Positions 59,875-64,000 of a stretch of DNA of 64,000 nt are shown here, one piece after another (position 1 is the first letter of the stretch; each line of letters begins with the position of its first letter). The notes beneath the pieces were generated by a model that searched no databases, was not told where the DNA came from, and saw nothing but the letters and a program-made list of their open reading frames with translations. Source of the stretch: a candidate division FCPU426 bacterium (lineage in GTDB: Bacteria; Oederibacteriota; Muellerivitia; Muellerivitales; Muellerivitaceae); the NCBI GenBank assembly GCA_963847625.1, contig CAWKAR010000027.1, positions 224,001 through 288,000 on the forward strand, written 5' to 3'. Both the position numbers and the translations under genes were made by a program.

Positions 59875-60990
59875 GTGAGAAATTCAAAATCCATTTTAAC
59901 CAAGGTTGGGTTGCCGATATTGCTGGGGGCTGTGGGAATCCTGGGTTTGAAAACTCCGGCGTTGGCCCAGGGGGCCCCGGTTACTTCCTGCGATCAATGG
60001 GCTTGGATTTCCATCGGATCCAATATCGCCGCGACCGACTATTGGAACCTGGCGTCCTGCCCCGGCACGCAATGCGTGGTTTTCGACAGCGTCACCGGGG
60101 ATTTCACGGTGTACGCGGGGAATTTTAACTGCGGCCAAAACGTGGCCTCTTATCCCTCCATTAATTACGGCTGCTTTTGGGGAATGTGCAGTCCCGGCAC
60201 CAACCTTCCCATACTTGTCAGTAACCTCCAATGCGTCACCAGCAGTTGGAATTTTACCCCCACCTATACCGGCCTTTGGGACGCGTCCTACGATATCTGG
60301 TTCTACCCCACCTACGATACGAGCAACGGGCCCGCCGGGGGGGCCGAGTTGATGATCTGGCTGGATTACATGAATGGGACCATCGCCGGGGCCCAAATGG
60401 CGGCCACCCACGTTTCCATCGACGGAAATTATTGGGACGTTTCCATCGGGGGGACGCCCGATTGGAATTATGTCGCCTATCTCGCCAACACCCACGTCAC
60501 CTCCTTCAACGACGAGGACCTCCTGGCTTTCATCCGCGACAGCGTGGCCCGGGGCTATATCCAAACCTCCTGGTACCTTTCGGCTATCGATGCGGGAAAC
60601 GAGTTCAGGACGGCGGGGGTGCCCTTTACTAGCCGGGGGTTCAACGCCACGGTGAATTCCGTTTCCTGCGGAACCCCCACGACCATGCCGACCCCACCCA
60701 ACATCCAACGGGATATTCTGTGGCCCAATCCCTGGGACGGGAGCCGTCCGGTCTCCATTTTCCATACCCTTACGACGCCCGCCGACTCGGTGCGTTTAAA
60801 AGTTTATACCGTGTCTTTCCGGAAAATTTTTGAAAGCGGCGGCCTGGCATCAGGCGCCGGGCGGCAAACCTACAGCCTGTCCTGGAACCAGTTGGGCAAT
60901 GTCGCCAATGGGCTTTATTACCTGGTGGTGGAGGAAGCCCGGGAAGGGAAGGTCACCCGCACAATCCTGAAAACGCTTATCCGCCGGTAA
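59875..60990 (+). CDS. GH12 endoglucanase/xyloglucanase with T9SS/FlgD-like C-terminal domain
   Basis: VASYPSI, DASYDIWF, AELMIWL, WYLSAIDAGNE; C-terminal WPNP...VYT...NGLYY. Confidence 0.88.
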   Translation: MRNSKSILTKVGLPILLGAVGILGLKTPALAQGAPVTSCDQWAWISIGSNIAATDYWNLASCPGTQCVVFDSVTGDFTVYAGNFNCGQNVASYPSINYGCFWGMCSPGTNLPILVSNLQCVTSSWNFTPTYTGLWDASYDIWFYPTYDTSNGPAGGAELMIWLDYMNGTIAGAQMAATHVSIDGNYWDVSIGGTPDWNYVAYLANTHVTSFNDEDLLAFIRDSVARGYIQTSWYLSAIDAGNEFRTAGVPFTSRGFNATVNSVSCGTPTTMPTPPNIQRDILWPNPWDGSRPVSIFHTLTTPADSVRLKVYTVSFRKIFESGGLASGAGRQTYSLSWNQLGNVANGLYYLVVEEAREGKVTRTILKTLIRR

Positions 60991-61027
60991 TTTTGGGGCC
61001 AACCCTCAACACTTAAAGGTTTTTGAA

Positions 61028-61666
61028 AATTTCTCCACGACCAGCGGAGCCTATCAGACCGCTTATGACGGCAATGGCGACGCAATCTTGGCGGAGTTGA
61101 ACCCCTCCGGAAGCAATCTACTCTATTCGACCTACATGGGCGGAAGTACGGGGGATGGAGGTGCTGGCATCGCGGTGGATTCGTCTGGGAATGCCTATAT
61201 GACGGGTTCTGCCTCCGATACAGATTTCCCCATTACAAGCGGGTCTTACCAGACGGTTTTCGAGGGATATCAAGATGCCTTTGTGGCGAAGTTTACTTTT
61301 CCTACCCCAACACCGACGCAGACCGTGGCTCCCACGCTGACCATCACACCCATGGCAACCTCAACACCGCTTCCGTCCTGCGACGAATTCTACGTCTCGG
61401 GAAACGCATTCTCCCCATCCCAAGAGCCTGTCTCGATCTATGTTTCCTATTGCAAGTATCCTGGCAATTATTCATTGCGGATTTATAATTCGGCCGGGGA
61501 ACACATCAAAACCCTTGATGAGAAACATCTGGAAGCGCCAATTGAGGCATCTTACCTTTGGGACGGGAAGAACAAATTCGGCGCTTCCTGCGCGAACGGG
61601 GTTTATATTCTTTACCTAGTCGAGCCTTATAACCGACAAATTAAAAGGGTTCTTCTACTGAAGTAA
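61028..61666 (+). pseudogene. 5'-truncated SBBP-repeat protein with FlgD-Ig/T9SS-like C-terminus
   Basis: The frame reads NFSTTSGAYQT...LLYSTYMGGS...IAVDSSGNAY with no signal peptide and no upstream start. Confidence 0.7.
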
Positions 61667-62342
61667 GTTTATTCCATAGTTAATGAAAACTTTTCCAGCG
61701 GTTTCGAACTGATTCACCCCAGTCTCTCCCCCCGAATTTATTCCGCGACATTCCATAGTTGTCCGTCTACTACCGTCATCACAATGAACATACAAGGGAC
61801 ATAGGTTTCCAGCCTAAATCTTTTTGATCCGTGGGTTTAATCACGGCTTTTGGATTAAAAGCCAAAATTCACCGTCACGATTATTTGCACAAAAACGTTC
61901 CCCTTCCCGCCCAAGACCTTTCCACCCCTGTTTTTATCATTTGTTTATGCGAATGACATTACCAACCTTCACCATTCACCTGGTGCCAACTGCTTACGGC
62001 AGTTGGTACAACCAAATCTTGCCGTTCGCCTTGTGGGCTCACGGCAGGTGTGGGTGAATGGCGGGTAAAACCTCGCCCACGAAGTTGAAAAATGCAACTG
62101 AAAAAACGAATTTATAAGCCGGAATGGTTCTTTCCCTTGGATGGCTTAAATTTTGTTTTATTTTTTTAAAAACCGGGCGTTTTTCCCAGCCAGATCGCCG
62201 GGGAATAACCTCAGAATTTTTTTTATAATTGGGAAAAGTAGTGGTATGCTTATAAAAGAGTTTTTCTTCATATGGCCTGAAAGCCACCCGGCACTCCAAA
62301 GCAACAAACCAACCATCAAACAATTCCGAAGGGAGAACCATT

Positions 62343-64000
62343 ATGGGCAGGAATCTCGGCAGGAAAGGTCTTTTGTTCATTTTTTCCGCCTCATTCTTTA
62401 TTACCCTTTTAAGCGCGAGGTTTGTTTTCGGGCAGACCGTGGGTGTTATCAATAGCAATGGGGATAACAGCGCCGGTTCGCTGGGCGACGCCATCAACAC
62501 ACTGGGTTCTTCCGGCGGAAGCGTCACTTTCGACCCGTCGGTTGGGCCGATCCTTCTAAGCCAATCCCTTCCAACCGCCACAGGTAGCGTGACCTTCTTA
62601 AGCACGGGGTCAGTCAATTCAGCCTTTGTGGCCGGCCAGGACAACAATACATCCCAATTCCTATTCCAGCAGGAGCTCAATGTTGGGAGCAATTTCTCCT
62701 TAAGCCTAAGCAACAACGCCTCTACGGTTAGCGAATTAGATGGCGCCGTAACGGCCGGCACCTGGACCCTGAACAGCGGATCACAGTTCAGCCTCCTGGC
62801 GGGGACCGCCGCGGTAACAACTGACACGGGTAACTCCAATATTACGGGTACTTCCGGGGGTAATGCTTCTGTGACAGCGGGTTCGGTGACGATGAACACA
62901 ATCTTGGGGGGAAACATCACGGCCGGTGATGGACAATCTGTCAGCGTCTCGAGCGGCGATATCGACAGGGGCGGGACAGGGGGTAATGCTTCCCTGAACG
63001 CGGATAATCTTAATGCGGCATCTTCCGCTTTCACTGTGACCGGGGGTGCGGGTGGGATCTCCAACAGTAACGGTGGTGACGGCGGGCAGTCATCAGTTTC
63101 TATCGGTACCGGAGTCCTCTCCGGGGCTTCGACTTTCATCCTGCGGGGCGGCGCCGGCGGGAGTTCGGATCACGGTGGGTCGGGAGGAAATGGGGGAAAC
63201 ACAAACCTAATTACTAACGGGGCCCTTACAATTTCAGGATCCAGTTTAAGCGTTTTGGGAGGAGTGGGAAGCGATAGCAGTAATGAAGATGCGGGCGCCG
63301 GTGGCGGCGTCACCGCAACGTTAGGGTCATTGAATATGGTTCCCGGCGCTTTAGCCTCCCTTACCGGCGGGAACGGTGGCGCCGGTTATGGCGAAGGGGG
63401 TAATGGTGGAAGCCTTCTCTTGACGGCTGGTTCCGTATCGCTTACAGGTCCAGGAACAAGTCTTAACATCACTGGGGGAGCGGGCGGCCAGCAGACGGGT
63501 TCCCAAAGGGCTGACCTTGGGGGGACGGGAGGTAACGCGACTGTTTCCACCGGTGCTTTAGCGACGGGTTCAGGAACTGTCTTTGACATTACCGGCGGAT
63601 TAGGCGGCGATACATCCGCAATGAACATAGGCAGAGGGGGAGATGGAGGTGTTGCCTCTTTTTCGGCGAATACGGTAACCCTTTCAGGGAATATGGGCGT
63701 TACGGGTGGCAACGGCGGTTCTGGATTCTTTGGGGGTAACGGCGGGGCCGCCAGCGCGGCTGCAAATGCCTGGACTATCGGCACTGGTGCAAGCCTTTCG
63801 GTTATGGGAGGAATAAGCGGTAACGGGACCACAGTCGGACCAGGCGGCCAAGCGGCTGTTTCCGCGGGAACTTTGACGATGGACTCTGGATCTTCCATAG
63901 AGGTTTTGGGCGGCGCTGGAGGGAATGGAACTGGAAACCCAGGCGTAATTCAACCAGGACGCGGGGGTTTTGGAATCTTTAAAGCGGGTTCCGTGAGCAT
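62343..64000 (+). CDS. Gly-rich autotransporter/adhesin-like secreted protein, 3'-partial (absent from the ORF track)
   Basis: GGGAG ribosome-binding site, signal peptide MGRNLGRKGLLFIFS..., D.SAGSLGDAIN and repeated GG.GG.GGNA; the segments read are in one open frame running to the window end. Confidence 0.85.
   Translation, partial: MGRNLGRKGLLFIFSASFFITLLSARFVFGQTVGVINSNGDNSAGSLGDAINTLGSSGGSVTFDPSVGPILLSQSLPTATGSVTFLSTGSVNSAFVAGQDNNTSQFLFQQELNVGSNFSLSLSNNASTVSELDGAVTAGTWTLNSGSQFSLLAGTAAVTTDTGNSNITGTSGGNASVTAGSVTMNTILGGNITAGDGQSVSVSSGDIDRGGTGGNASLNADNLNAASSAFTVTGGAGGISNSNGGDGGQSSVSIGTGVLSGASTFILRGGAGGSSDHGGSGGNGGNTNLITNGALTISGSSLSVLGGVGSDSSNEDAGAGGGVTATLGSLNMVPGALASLTGGNGGAGYGEGGNGGSLLLTAGSVSLTGPGTSLNITGGAGGQQTGSQRADLGGTGGNATVSTGALATGSGTVFDITGGLGGDTSAMNIGRGGDGGVASFSANTVTLSGNMGVTGGNGGSGFFGGNGGAASAAANAWTIGTGASLSVMGGISGNGTTVGPGGQAAVSAGTLTMDSGSSIEVLGGAGGNGTGNPGVIQPGRGGFGIFKAGSVS

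Overview
A 64-kb bacterial chromosomal window with three zones. (1) 1-26 kb is mostly housekeeping and envelope genes: polA, exbB-exbD-tonB plus a TonB-dependent receptor, glycosyl- and methyltransferases, an M23 peptidase-bactofilin pair, cysteine desulfurase, mnmA and an RlmI-like enzyme. An IS630 sits inside a small MITE here. (2) 28.9-42.3 kb is an accessory zone. It opens with a modular array of short repeats at 21-22 bp spacing. Single cargo genes follow (HEPN-like, secreted, sugar-binding, membrane, DUF2971-like), separated by a degenerate ~30-bp motif resembling a tRNA-Asn 3' end. Two IS30 copies, one IS1380 and a radical SAM pair are also here. (3) 42.4-64 kb is a plant-glycan and surface-protein zone: O-acetylesterase, GH43, GH29, XylF, GH12, a VapBC-like toxin-antitoxin pair, Thr/Pro-linker proteins with a shared FlgD-Ig/T9SS-like C-terminus, and a Gly-rich autotransporter-like gene. 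It contains a second copy of the modular repeat array, again followed by tRNA-3'-end-like sites. The best novel-system candidates are an integron-like cassette array delimited by tRNA-3'-end-like att sites (no recombinase in the window) and the helically phased modular repeat arrays that precede both site clusters. All calls were made by eye from motifs; no database searches were run.
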